Shown here one piece after another: positions 10,905-23,081 of a stretch of 64,000 nt of DNA. Numbering within the stretch: the first letter of the stretch is position 1; every line of letters starts with the position of its first letter. The DNA comes from Fimbriosthenelais zetlandica (Eukaryota), in assembly GCA_977030845.1 (NCBI GenBank), contig OZ365112.1, forward strand, positions 6,138,001-6,202,000, written 5' to 3'. A program made the translations under genes and the position numbers. Below the pieces are notes generated by a model, which was not told where the DNA came from, ran no database searches, and saw only the letters and a list, made by a program, of their open reading frames with translations.

Positions 10905-11944
10905 GTATGTTGTTATAAACTGTGTCTAGAAGCACATAATGTTATTTAAGTTCTACTGTGACTGTACATACTTTATTCAATACTTTCTATCTGCAAGTTG
11001 AGATAATAAAGATTTCTCCTTACCTCTGGGGGTATAGGTATATAGGGTTGCTTTAAAAACTGAATGCAGCTCACCAAATCTGTCTTGTATAATATTAATA
11101 ATATTTCTTATTTCTCTATTTTCAGACGTTACCAGTCTAGTAAATGCCATGTCTAACCTTGCTAAATACCATGACAGGGTATTAAGGAAAGTTTTCAAAA
11201 TCCAGTGTTCTGGTGTTCAATGTTAAATGATAAGAAATCAAAAAGCCATGTTGGTTTCGTTGATGTGAGTTTTTGTTCATGAAGACAACCAGAAAAATAC
11301 GCTGTATAGCGGTATTGGTTAAATGAAGTGTCTACAAAATAAATTGTCAAAAAGGTGTTCACATGTCTATGGGTATCAGGCACGTGCACTAGGTCACCAA
11401 AACAGACTGGCTTTAGGACATTCAGTCCATAACCCGTTAGGAATATGGGCAGGTTTCAATTAAAATGATACGTCGAGGGAGATCAATTAGTGTTGAATCA
11501 TACACGTCACTTTGTAAGGGGAAATAAAATTGTGTATCGAAACATTCAATCAAAATTGAAATTACACTTTATGCCTCAACCCAAAATAAGGTATTGTATG
11601 GGCCTCATGCATGGAACCTTAGTGATGGTGCTATAAAAGACTTCCAAGATCTGTGTAATAGATGCGTTAGACAAGTGATGTGCACTATTCCATGCACATA
11701 AGATACCTCAGTTAATAACCATCAAGTCAGCATCAAACACAGCACATGTACTTAGAAATATCCAATGTAGTAATGCACATAGAAAGAGCCCCCAGCTGAA
11801 AATCATACGTGAAACTTGAGTAATCACGAGTGTTAGCTGGTATTCACCTCTAATAGGCTCTACAAATTCTAACAAAAAAAGACAAGATGATCACCAACAG
11901 GAAAGTTTAGGCACAAGATATCTTCCTCAGTTCACCATGATGGC

Positions 11945-13570
11945 ATCAGATCAAATTTCTGAAAGTTGTCAAATTGGTCCACTATAATGTAAACTTCAAA
12001 GAATTCAAAGTTTTAGAATATTGTAAAGGCAGCCAAAAACACGGCAACAAATATAATCATGAATATTGACTCACATAGCAAGGGTTTAGGTATGGTGTTA
12101 GGGTCTTGAATACCCAGTGTTGGCAGTGAAGGCCAAATCGAAAAATATAAATCACAGCACGTTGCTGTTCATCAACATGCACATATAAAGAGAAACCCAT
12201 GCAGAATACCAAATCCGAGTCAATATCTCAATAGAATACAATATAACACCAGAATGGGTCACAGTTCACAATTCACTACAAGAGAAGGCAATAGAATTAT
12301 CACCAACCATGGGTCACAAATCACAGTAGAATGCAATAGAAGCAATTCGAAAAGGCTTCCTTCAAAACACCTTTCCAGTTACAAATATATTATAGTGAAC
12401 AAATGAACCAAGATGTTCACCAAAAGAGTACCAGATCAAATTTCTGAAAGATTTGTCAAATTGGTTAACTGTTTGGACACTTTAAAGAACACAAAGGTGA
12501 AAGCAGTCAAAAATACCGCAACAATAGGGGTAGCCTATTTGCTTAAAATCATTTGAAAGGGAAAGGCTATTGATTGGGCTTTGGTTCTATTACATCATCT
12601 GATGCAGGAAGTCTAAATAACAGGATTCAGTATTGTGACTATTTTGACCAAGATATAATATTTTGACTGTGTATAATGCTCTTATAATGTGTATAATCAG
12701 ATGTACGAGACAGAGGTGGCATTATTTCCTTCACATTATTTTGTACTACTGTGTTCACTGTGAAGCCTAATTGTGCTCTACTCGTGATTCATTATACCAT
12801 AGATGTGTAGTGATTATACTTGACGGTTCTTGTTGACTTTACATAACTACTAGGTAAGGTCCATCAAGGAAAGTGTATATTGTTATACTATTGCTGGTTA
12901 ATAATATAATATTATTAAAGCTATACCATGTTAATGGTATGCTCTTATAATGTGTATAATGTATAATGCTGTATATATGCGAAATAGTGAGATGTGTTCA
13001 TTGTTATTGTATCTGCTTTATATTATTATCTAAAACTACAAACTCTATTTTTAATGTGAAAATTTGTTTTAATATTAAACGACATTTCGATCTAATCCAG
13101 TAGTGTTTTATATATTTTCCATGTCTTACTATTCTACCTCCTGAACTCGTTAATGTGAAAAAGTGATAACTTCAACAGAGCAGTCAAAAATATCGCAACA
13201 AATACTATAATCCTGAATATTGACTCAAATAGCAAGGGCTTATGGTGTTAGGGGCCTGAATACCTAGTGTTGGCAGCAAATCCAAGTCGAAAAATATAAA
13301 TCACAGCAATTTGCTGTTCATCTATCTATATAATTATGCACACACATACAGAATACCAAACCCTAGTCAATATATCAATAGAATGTAACACTAGAATGTG
13401 TCCATGTTCAGAATGGAATTCAACAGAATGTACCAGAATGTAACATCAGAATGGGTCACAGTTCACAATTGAATACAAGAGAAGGCAATAGGACCAAGCA
13501 TGGGTCACAAATACAATAGAAGCAAGTTGAAAAGGCTTCCGTCAAAAGACCTTTCCACGTAGAAATATAT
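11945..13570. repeat. Old degenerate local duplications (~480-bp unit plus a displaced copy)
   Basis: agatcaaatttctgaaag..ttgtcaaattggt at ~11948 and ~12432; block 12028-12400 recurs in diverged form at 13180-13570. Confidence 0.75.
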
Positions 13571-13984
13571 TAAAAAGAAAAAAGAAAAGAAGATATGGTC
13601 CACCAAAGCCTTATCTGGAAATCACGTCCTGCCCCTATGAAGTCCAGCTGGAGAGAGACCAGTGGCAGGAATGTGTGTGTAGGCGGGATCACATGGCAAT
13701 GACCACCTGATATACAGGAATGTGTGCCACTAAGCCGGTTTACCAGTCCACTACAATCGGCTTTTACTCTACCTAATACATATTATTTTCACTCAAGACC
13801 ACGGTTATGTATAACTTGTGACCTCTACTGATAAATCTCAAAAGAGCGAAGAAGAAAGACGTGAAAACCCCCGATTTCTGCGAAGTTGACAAATCGGCCG
13901 CGCGTATACCGGCCTATAATTTGGCCTTTTAAAAACCTTAACAGCGCCCTCTCACTAAAAGTCGAAAAAGTTGAATAACTCTGT

Positions 13985-14830
13985 AAATAATAGGTCTAAA
14001 ATTACAATTCAAACGGATTATTCTTAGTTGGAAGCATCTCCAAGTATCCATGTGGTTTTTGTTCAATTAAACCTTATTTAAAATTTCGATTTTTGAAAAT
14101 GCAGTGAATTTGAGGTCTTAGCATTGGACTCTATGGGAAGGCAAGCCAGAGCGATTGAAGCGACCCCGAGATTTATAGCGGCAAAAAGGTGAACTACGCT
14201 ACTATGTTCTCCCCAAAGATACCAACGCTCTCAACTGCTGGCTAATCCCAAAGTGGTGTGGGATTGTTTGGTATTGGGAGTGGGTCAGATTTGTGCTGGG
14301 ATTTAGGGATGGGTCGGGGGCGGGGGGGGGGGGGGGCTAAATAACATCGAGCTACATTAATATTTATGTTTTTTTAAATTTCTTTAATTTCTCAAAAACT
14401 AATGGATCTAAAATTAGGGGAAATCTTAATTGAGAGCCGAAGTAGGTTAGTAGGCCTACACTGAATGAATAAAATTGATTTAAAACTTGAGATTTTGAAA
14501 ATGTGCTGATTTTTCGGGGTAGACACCGCCAATGCTAACTCGTCTATTACCTTCACTGAAACTGGATAGAGAGAGCACTGGTAGTTCACCTAGTCGCCGC
14601 TGCAACTCGGGTCGCCACAGTCGCGCTTGCTGCTTCTTCCATAGGGATCAATGCTGAGGGTGAAAATTCGGTCAATTTTGAAAATCGAAAGTTTTAAATC
14701 AACTTTATTGATTCAAAAGGTATGTCCTAACCTAGTTCGGCTCCCAACTAAGAATATTCCGAAGAGATCGTAATTTTAGGCCCGGTAGTTTTCGAGAAAT
14801 TAGAAAAATAAAAAAATCGTCATTTTTATG
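13985..14830. mobile_element. MITE/foldback-type element with inverted arms inside the 2.25-kb unit (also +2252; simpler diverged relative at ~18480-18990)
   Basis: ttattcttagttggaagc vs gctcccaactaagaatatt; gcattggactctatgggaag vs cttccatagggatcaatgc; aataaaattgatttaaaact vs agttttaaatcaactttatt. Confidence 0.65.
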
Positions 14831-15470
14831 ACCTACTCACAATCGATCGAGGCGCGCATAATTAAGGCCACTAGAGGAACTAAGCTCCATTCAGTTGAAG
14901 TTGGCCTTTTAGTTTCGTATTTACTTAGATCACCAACTAGACATTATCCCACAGAGGTAAAAATACGCAGTGATATACTTTTTCGATGTCCGAGTTTTGA
15001 CACTGATTTGACAAGGCCTTGTCCTCCTATATTTGATGTTTACTTTGATTCCAGTCGTGAGTTTCGGAGAGTGGGTGGGCGGGTGGTCCAAGTCACTGCG
15101 CACTGAAGCATGAGAGGGGGTAGGTGCATGTCCCCAGCTTGTCATCTATGCATAGGCCTATAGCCTACCTTTGCATAGCAGAGTGGTCAGAGAGCTTCAA
15201 GAGGCCATGGGTGGGAGGTTCGCACAGCCAGATTGAGGGGCACTGAAGGGGTGTGGCATTGGATACAGAGAAGGGAGAGAGCGGAGACGGAAGAGGAAAC
15301 GCCGCAAGGCAGGATATATATATCTAGCAATATATTATAGATACTGAAACAAAGAGGCCAATGTTAACTCTATGGGACTTAGTTCCTCTCGACCCCACTC
15401 TCCTCTCATCAGTAACTCAAACAACAAAAACAAAAGCCAAAATCAACAGTCTAAGCAGCCAAAAGTGATT

Positions 15471-15540
15471 GCCAAGAAGGGGAATCGAACCCCGGTCCCC
15501 CGTGTTCCAGGCGAGTGTCTTGCCTCTAGACTACCGCGCA
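15471..15540 (-). mobile_element. tRNA(Asp/Gly)-derived SINE-like head
   Basis: Minus strand GGTAGTCTAGAGG...CTCGCCTGGAACACGGGGGACCGGGGTTCGATTCCCC resembles the tRNA-Asp/Gly 3' half with an intact B box; acceptor stem does not pair. Confidence 0.6.
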
Positions 15541-17722
15541 CACACACTTCCTCTAACTTTCAGGTCAATACAGGACACCGCCTCAAATTTGAAGGCTCAA
15601 TCACAATGTTTATAATTAGCTTGCCCCCGGACCCCTCCCCGTCCCCCAACCCCATGTCCACCCTCCAGCAGTCCAACTAACCCCCTCCCAAAAACCCAGT
15701 CCGATTTGAAACCGCTAGACTGTCAAAATCCCTTGGAATAGCCCACTGTGCAGGTACTGCCCATAGGCTCCAATGTTAAAAAATATTTAGCCCCTGGGAC
15801 CCCTCCCCGGCCCCCAATATCCACCCCCACTCCCATGTATACCCTCGGCACCCACCCCAACTCCCTCCTAAAATTCCAGCCCGATTTGAAAAGGCTAACA
15901 TGTCTAAATTCATTGGATTCTGCAAAAGTGTCCCGCCCATAGGCGCAATGTTAAAAATCACTCACGATTACAGGAATGTGTGCCACTAAGCCGGTTTACC
16001 AGTCCACTACAATCGGCTTTTACTCTACCTAATACATATTATTTTCACTCAAGACCACGGTTATGTTTAACTTGTGACCTCTACTAATAAATCTCAAAAG
16101 AGCGAAGAAGAAAGACGTGAAAACCCCCGATTTCTGCGAAGTTGACAAATCGGCCGCGCGTATACCGGCCTATAATTTGGCCTTTTAAAAACCTTAACAG
16201 CGCCCTCTCACTAAAAGTCGACAAAGTTGAATAACTCTGTAAATAATGGGTCTAAAATTACAATTCAAACGGATTATTCTTAGTTGGAAGCATCTCCAAG
16301 TATCCATGTGGTTTTTGTTCAATTAAACCTTATTTAAAATTTCGATTTTTGAAAATGCAGTGAATTTGAGGTCTTAGCATTGGACTCTATGGGAAGGCAA
16401 GCCAGAGCGATTGAAGCGACCCCGAGATTTATAGCGGCAAAAAGGTGAACTACGCTACTATGTTCTCCCCAAAGATACCAACGCTCTCAACTGCTGGCTA
16501 ATCCCAAAGTGGCGTGGGATTGTTTGGTATTGGGAGTGGGTCAGATTTGTGCTGGGATTTAGGGATGGGTCGGGGGCGGGGGGGGGGGCTAAATAACATC
16601 GAGCTACATTAATATTTATGTTTTTTTAAATTTCTTTAATTTCTCAAAAACTAATGGATCTAAAATTAGGGGAAATCTTAATTGAGAGCCGAAGTAGGTT
16701 AGTAGGCCTACACTGAATGAATAAAATTGATTTAAAACTTGAGATTTTGAAAATGTGCTGATTTTTCGGGGTAGACACCGCCAATGCTAACTCGTCTATT
16801 ACCTTCACTGAAACTGGATAGAGAGAGCACTGGTAGTTCACCTAGTCGCCGCTGCAACTCGGGTCGCCACAGTCGCGCTTGCTGCTTCTTCCATAGGGAT
16901 CAATGCTGAGGGTGAAAATTCGGTCAATTTTGAAAATCGAAAGTTTTAAATCAACTTTATTGATTCAAAAGGTATGTCCTAACCTAGTTCGGCTCCCAAC
17001 TAAGAATATTCCGAAGAGATCGTAATTTTAGGCCCGGTAGTTTTCGAGAAATTAGAAAAATAAAAAAATCGTCATTTTTATGACCTACTCACAATCGATC
17101 GAGGCGCGCATAATTAAGGCCACTAGAGGAACTAAGCTCCATTCAGTTGAAGTTGGCCTTTTAGTTTCGTATTTACTTAGATCACCAACTAGACATTATC
17201 CCACAGAGGTAAAAATACGCAGTGATATACTTTTTCGATGTCCGAGTTTTGACACTGATTTGACAAGGCCTTGTCCTCCTATATTTGATGTTTACTTTGA
17301 TTCCAGTCGTGAGTTTCGGAGAGTGGGTGGGCGGGTGGTCCAAGTCACTGCGCACTGAAGCATGAGAGGGGGTAGGTGCATGTCCCCAGCTTGTCATCTA
17401 TGCATAGGCCTATAGCCTACCTTTGCATAGCAGAGTGGTCAGAGAGCTTCAAGAGGCCATGGGTGGGAGGTTCGCACAGCCAGATTGAGGGGCACTGAAG
17501 GGGTGTGGCATTGGATACAGAGAAGGGAGAGAGCGGAGACGGAAGAGGAAACGCCGCAAGGCAGGATATATATATCTAGCAATATATTATAGATATTGAA
17601 ACAAAGAGGCCAATGTTAACTCTATGGGACTTAGTTCCTCTCGACCCCACTCTCCTCTCATCAGTAACTCAAACAACAAAAACAAAAGCCAAAATCAACA
17701 GTCTAAGCAGCCAAAAGTGATT

Positions 17723-17792
17723 GCCAAGAAGGGGAATCGAACCCCGGTCCCCCGTGTTCCAGGCGAGTGTCTTGCCTCTAGACTACCGCGCA
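17723..17792 (-). mobile_element. Second copy of the tRNA-derived SINE-like head (in duplicated unit)
   Basis: Same sequence as 15471-15540, shifted by 2252. Confidence 0.6.
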
Positions 17793-20700
17793 CACACACT
17801 TCCTCTAACTTTCAGGTCAATACAGGACACCGCCTCAAATTTGAAGGCTCAATCACAATGTTTATAATTAGCTTGCCCCCGGACCCCTCCCCGTCCCCCA
17901 ACCCCATGTCCACCCTCCAGCAGTCCAACTAACCCCCTCCCAAAAACCCAGTCCGATTTGAAACCGCTAGACTGTCAAAATCCCTTGGAATAGCCCACTG
18001 TGCAGGTACTGCCCATAGGCTCCAATGTTAAAAAATATTTAGCCCCTGGGACCCCTCCCCGGCCCCCAATATCCACCCCCACTCCCATGTATACCCTCGG
18101 CACCCATCCCAACTCCCTCCTAAAATTCCAGCCCGATTTGAAAAGGCTAACATGTCTAAATTCATTGGATTCTGCAAAAGTGTCCCGCCCATAGGCGCAA
18201 TGTTAAAAATCACTCACGATTACAGGAATGTGTGCCACTAAGCCGGTTTACCAGTCCACTACAATCGGCTTTTACTCTACCTAATACATATTATTTTCAC
18301 TCAAGACCACGGTTATGTTTAACTTGTGACCTCTACTAATAAATCTCAAAAGAGCGAAGACGAAAGACGTGAAAAACCCCGATTTCTGCGAAGTTGACAA
18401 ATCGGCCGCGCGTATACCGGCCTATAATTTGGCCTTTTAAAAACCTTAACAGCGCCCTCTCACTAAAAGTCGACAAAGTTGAATAACTCTGTAAATAATG
18501 GGTCTAAAATTACAATTCAAACGGATTATTCTTAGTTGGAAGCATCTCCAAGTATCTATATGTTTTTGTTCAAATAAACCTTATTTAAAATTTTGATTTT
18601 TGAAAATGATGCCAATTTGAGGTCTTAGCATTGGACTCTATGGGAGGAGCAAGCCGAGCGACTGAAGCGACCCAGAAAGGTGCAGCGGCAGAAAGGTGAA
18701 CTATTCTACTATGATCTACCCATAGCACCGAGAAGGGAGTAGAGAACACTGGCGAGAGTACTGTAGTTCACCGTGTCGCCGCCTCAATCGCGCGAGCTTC
18801 CTCTTCCATAGAGTTCAATGCTATAGTTTCTAAATTAACACAATTTTCAAAATCCGAAATTTTAAATCAATTTTCTCGCTTCAAAAACCTGGCCACTGTC
18901 TAGAACACCCCCGAACTAAGAATAATCAGTTTAGTTTGTATTTTTAGACAACTTAATTGCGGAGATATTTGACTTTTTAGAAATCGAGCTGCAAAGGATC
19001 ATGGGAGGAGGCAATGTTGGAGAGAAAAATGGCCAGAAATAGCTGAGAAGGAAGAGAGCGGAGAAGGAAGAGGACAGAGAAGAGAAAGAGAGGTCAATTG
19101 TAGGCCTATAGGAGTCGCCACCAAAAAAACTAGCATAACAAAATCAAGCTTTTGTATTAGGCCTATATTTATATATTTTTATAGGGGTTTCAGTAGACGG
19201 AGTATCTGTCCCGGTGAGGCTATTCCTCGCTGGGAGGACGAGGATTGTTTACAGGCTAGGGTTTCAGATGCCACCAATGCTGTATCTACCTCCACCACCT
19301 GAGGACGCCACTGTGCCGCCGGCAATTTAACTATTACCGGGCGCCCCTAGCGCCACCTATACGGTAGGCAGGAACCAGGCTATTCCGGAACTTTGGAGTG
19401 GAAAACTTGAACCTCTTTGATCATTTTTGAAAATCGAGAGTTTAGGCCTATAGTAGAGACCATTGAGAAGAAAACTTAGCCTCCTTAATTTGCGTTTCCT
19501 CAGCAATCAATAAAACTCTAGGATTTTTAAAGTAATTTTTATTGCAACACTGAATAATGCTGGCACACTAAAATATCTCGAAACAAACATTTCATATCTC
19601 AATCCGGATGACCAGAGTAATTCCTTATGAACAGGATCCATTAGTCCTCTGGAATTATGAAGTTAAACGAAACTGGGACATACATTATAGTGCAGCAGTA
19701 GAGATGAACAGATATCAAAGTGGTACAGAAAACTCTCAATTATATATAGAGAATTAACAGATACAACTAAAGAAACACATTGTTGAAATTATTCTCTGTC
19801 CACAATTGGTCTTAATAAAATGATGGGATTGATTTTAATACTGATTCTCTTTTTTGAAAGTACATGGGAGGAATAGTCATCTTTCTAAGAGGACAAACCT
19901 GTTTATTGAAAGTCATCTTACACCGAAATAAGCACCAAGGGAGAGATTTAGAGGACTTTGTCACTTTAAAATTCTTTCACCCGTTCAATAATGAGAAATC
20001 ATGTCTGATTATGGAAGATATTTAAACACATTTCTTTACAGCAAAATTCTTAACAACTTTAGTCCATTGTCATTTAATGCCCAGGGCAAGTCAGTCCAAC
20101 ATTTCTATATTGTTTTTCACCTATGAAGTTTTTTCCGCTTACAGTATAATGTGCAGGTCATACAAAAATGTGTTACAGAGATTGGATACTTGCTATACAT
20201 CCGACTGTACAAGATGACATGTATAGTACAAGAAACTACATACTTCCTTTTGTTTTAGTATTTTTTTTATCATTGTTAATTTACACGAATCATGGGCAAC
20301 ATTAACCAGCAACAATATAGAGAACAATGGAAAATAGGACCAAAGGAACAAAACAGAATTTGTCAAAATGGGTAGGCCTACAAACGTCTTGTTTGGAAAT
20401 ACCCAAGATTATATAATTTCCTACCATTTGCCTGCCTACAAGAATCTTTATTATTTTTCATGGTTGAAGATCTTTAAATACCATAATATTTTGAGTGGAA
20501 GCATAAAGTGTCAATTAAATTTTGATTGAATGTTTCTATACACATCTTTATGAACCCTCACGAAGTGACATTATGTATAATTCAGCACTAAGTTCAATGA
20601 TCATTTTATTTAAAACATGCCCATATATTCCTAACGTGTTAATGAAATAAACGTAATAAAGTAGATTTTATTACCAGCAGAACCACACAATTTGTACACA

Positions 20701-21338
20701 CATATTTATATATATATCTACAGTAGAAAAATTCGAAGGAGACAACCTTCTTGGACTTTGGACAATTGTGTATTTCAATGAGGAGCAACTAGCACATAGC
20801 TAACACCTAATGGCTAGGCCTACACATGGGTTACGGTAACTCTAGGTCCTCAGTGGCCATGGAGTATAAAAGATGTTAGGGCCTGTAATAAATGAATAAC
20901 GACGAGGAAAGTATTCGCTATACACCATGGCAGCAATGCAGTAAATACAGCAAACCGGATACAAAATATACTGTAGGTGAGGTCAATGCTCTCGCTAATA
21001 CAGTTATCCAATACAAAATGGATTTTTATCTTTGAAAATACAGGCTGTCACACACGAGGGAAATCAGGGAGCAAGGTAGAATTAAGACCAGGTGGTGTAC
21101 GATTTTAAGACGTCAAATCCAATAGATTTACAGCAGTTCCAAACAAAGGTTTTCACCAACTAATGCCCAACTAAATGAAATTATTCATTAGCAAAGACTG
21201 CATGAATATTATGTGGATTATATTAGTTTTTGCGTTCGCGTAATGTGCTATATAAGAGACATCTATGTGGAGATTATTTGGTTATCAAGATACCGAGATA
21301 ATACACTGGGGTAAACTAGTCGGGTATTGTACTTTCTT

Positions 21339-21353
21339 TGCGCCACCTAGTGT
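21339..21353 (-). promoter_or_regulatory. Candidate CTCF binding motif just 3' of the gene
   Basis: Plus TGCGCCACCTAGTGT = minus ACACTAGGTGGCGCA, close to the CCACTAGGTGGCGC core consensus. Motif match only. Confidence 0.35.
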
Positions 21354-22732
21354 ATCTATGCCAAAGCTACCTTTGGAAGACTTGGATTATACAGACCACT
21401 GTTATGATATATATATAATATATATTCCCATATGATAATACTACCAGCCAAGAAGGTGCTCCTATATATATACCCTTCCCTGTACATCTTTACATATGTA
21501 TAATATGAATCACTAAGAACAGTAATGCACCGTAAATGAAGCTTCTTCATTATACACCTTTCGGAATAAATCATTATAAGGTTTTCTTTACATATTTGGA
21601 CACATATTATCTGGCAGAGAGTACTTTTCTGGAGGTTGCATTCACATGAAATTATAATGTATTGGGACAGAAGGAATATTTAACCGACCATGATTATCAA
21701 CAAGACTGAACTAAGGAATTAACACAGGGGTCATTATGATGGCTTCGATTCAAGTGTGCAAAGTTAAGTTGGAAAATATTTATCTCATAAAGAAAAGGAT
21801 GATTAATGAGAAGAAAACTAAAATAGTGAGTGAACTGACAGCTGGACTGGACAGGCTGATCTGATGAATTTTACAAAACATGGTAGAGATTGACATTTAC
21901 AAATATGTTGAGATATCTTTATCTATTACTTTTGTCACTTCAAAAGTTCTGATTGATTCAACTGCACACAAGGGTCTAGGACCTCCAATTCCGAATATGA
22001 AAGTAGTATATTATCCTCGTTAGAAAGTTAAACCAAGGTCTTATATCCACTAAGCCATTTCCTAGACGTGCGTGAGTTCATCAGACGACAATCTGCCCAT
22101 CTGTCGGCTTCAGCCGATAGGAGCGACCATATCGGATGAGGATGGCTTAGTGGACACAGGCCCGTCATGGAAAAAAGGTTTAAGCTCCATGTTCACCAAG
22201 CCATTTCCGTTATACGTCTGGTCGTAGTTAAGGACATTTGATGGGCCAACTACCGGACGTACGTCAAAAAACAGCCTAGTGAACGTGGAGCGCGAGTAGA
22301 TACGGGCCCTTACTCTATGTTCTGTTTTCTAAAATACACAACATGGACAGGATCAATTTGCAGTTGAATTCTCTTACTATTTGGATGAATTTTGACTGGA
22401 TATATGCAATGGTAACAAACCAGGCACGGTTTCATCAGGGCCTCGGCACCATCATGTATACATGTATATCTAGTATACCATCGCCTCCAGGGTCTCTCGC
22501 CTGACCAGCAATTCAGCTGATAGCCGTTAGAGCTTTTGCTAGGGCAGACTCTGACCTTTACCTTAGAGAAGGTCATGGCAACAATCCACCAGGCCCAACT
22601 CCTGTCGTCACTCCTCCCTCCATCTCTTCCTCTCTCTCTCTCTCTCTCTGCTCCGGCGCGTCCTCGTCAGGAAGGCCTCGCAGCTTGGCTTGTGATGACC
22701 ATGGGGTTAGTTGCTGGTGGTAGACTTAGTAG

Positions 22733-22870
22733 TCAGACATGTTGATGAGTCAGCAGGTTTTGTCCCTCCTCCATGGCAAATCGTGTGGCGAGCACGGTGC
22801 GAGTGGCGGAGACTGCCCGACGACGGCGATAGTAGCCGGCGGCACGGAACCGCTCCAAAGCCTTGAGGAT
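22733..22870 (-). CDS. Terminal coding segment B (phase 0): ILKALERFRAAGYYRRRRAVSATRTVLATRFAMEEGQNLLTHQHV*
   Basis: Acceptor tctctgccatgtgtgttccag|ATC CTC; in phase with the TM exon donor; clearly similar to segment A (GY-basic-V-x-AT ... EEGxNLLT); 3' part of ORF 22733..22945. Confidence 0.65.
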   Translation of the reverse strand: MLKALERFRAAGYYRRRRAVSATRTVLATRFAMEEGQNLLTHQHV

Positions 22871-22982
22871 CTGGAACACACATGGCAGAGACGGGTCCCT
22901 CAACTGATTGAGGCAGGCTACGAGTGGGTCAGCACAGAGTGGCAAGATTTGGTATAGATAAGGTGTGGGTGTGCTTTAGACT

Positions 22983-23081
22983 TCACATGACCGTGGTGAG
23001 GAGGTTACGCCCTTCCTCTGTGGCGCACACCGTACCCTTCTTCCGGTATCCCGTCCGCGCATCCCATACGTAGTTGGCAAT
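22983..23081 (-). CDS. Terminal coding segment A (phase 0): IANYVWDARTGYRKKGTVCATEEGRNLLTTVM*
   Basis: Acceptor ggtctcttattctctag|ATT GCC; in phase with the TM exon donor; carries [DE]xxxL[LI] motif EGRNLL and a C-terminal T-x-hydrophobic end; TGA at 22985-22983. Confidence 0.7.
   Translation of the reverse strand: MANYVWDARTGYRKKGTVCATEEGRNLLTTVM

Larger units (their letters stand above)
13714..18560. repeat. Young tandem duplication of a ~2252-bp composite unit (13714-15969, 15970-18221, partial third copy from 18222)
   Basis: acaggaatgtgtgccactaag at 13714, 15970 and 18222; paired ORFs offset by exactly 2252; copies differ by a handful of substitutions and a poly-G length. Confidence 0.95.

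Noticed and set aside
15471-15540. Functional tRNA gene
   Set aside because: A/B boxes are present but the acceptor stem does not pair; called a SINE-like head instead. Same for 3252-3325.
19317-19345. CRESS-virus-like nonanucleotide AACTATTAC (19329-19337) in an imperfect hairpin
   Set aside because: The motif lies partly in the stem rather than the loop, and no Rep (HUH/SF3 helicase) or capsid frame is visible nearby; a 9-mer with two free positions is expected by chance.
22030-22945. GC-richer segment with several open frames, first suspected to be an endogenous viral fragment
   Set aside because: Explained by the terminal exons and 3' UTR of the membrane-protein gene; the remaining frames (e.g. 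22310..22576) have no recognisable motif.
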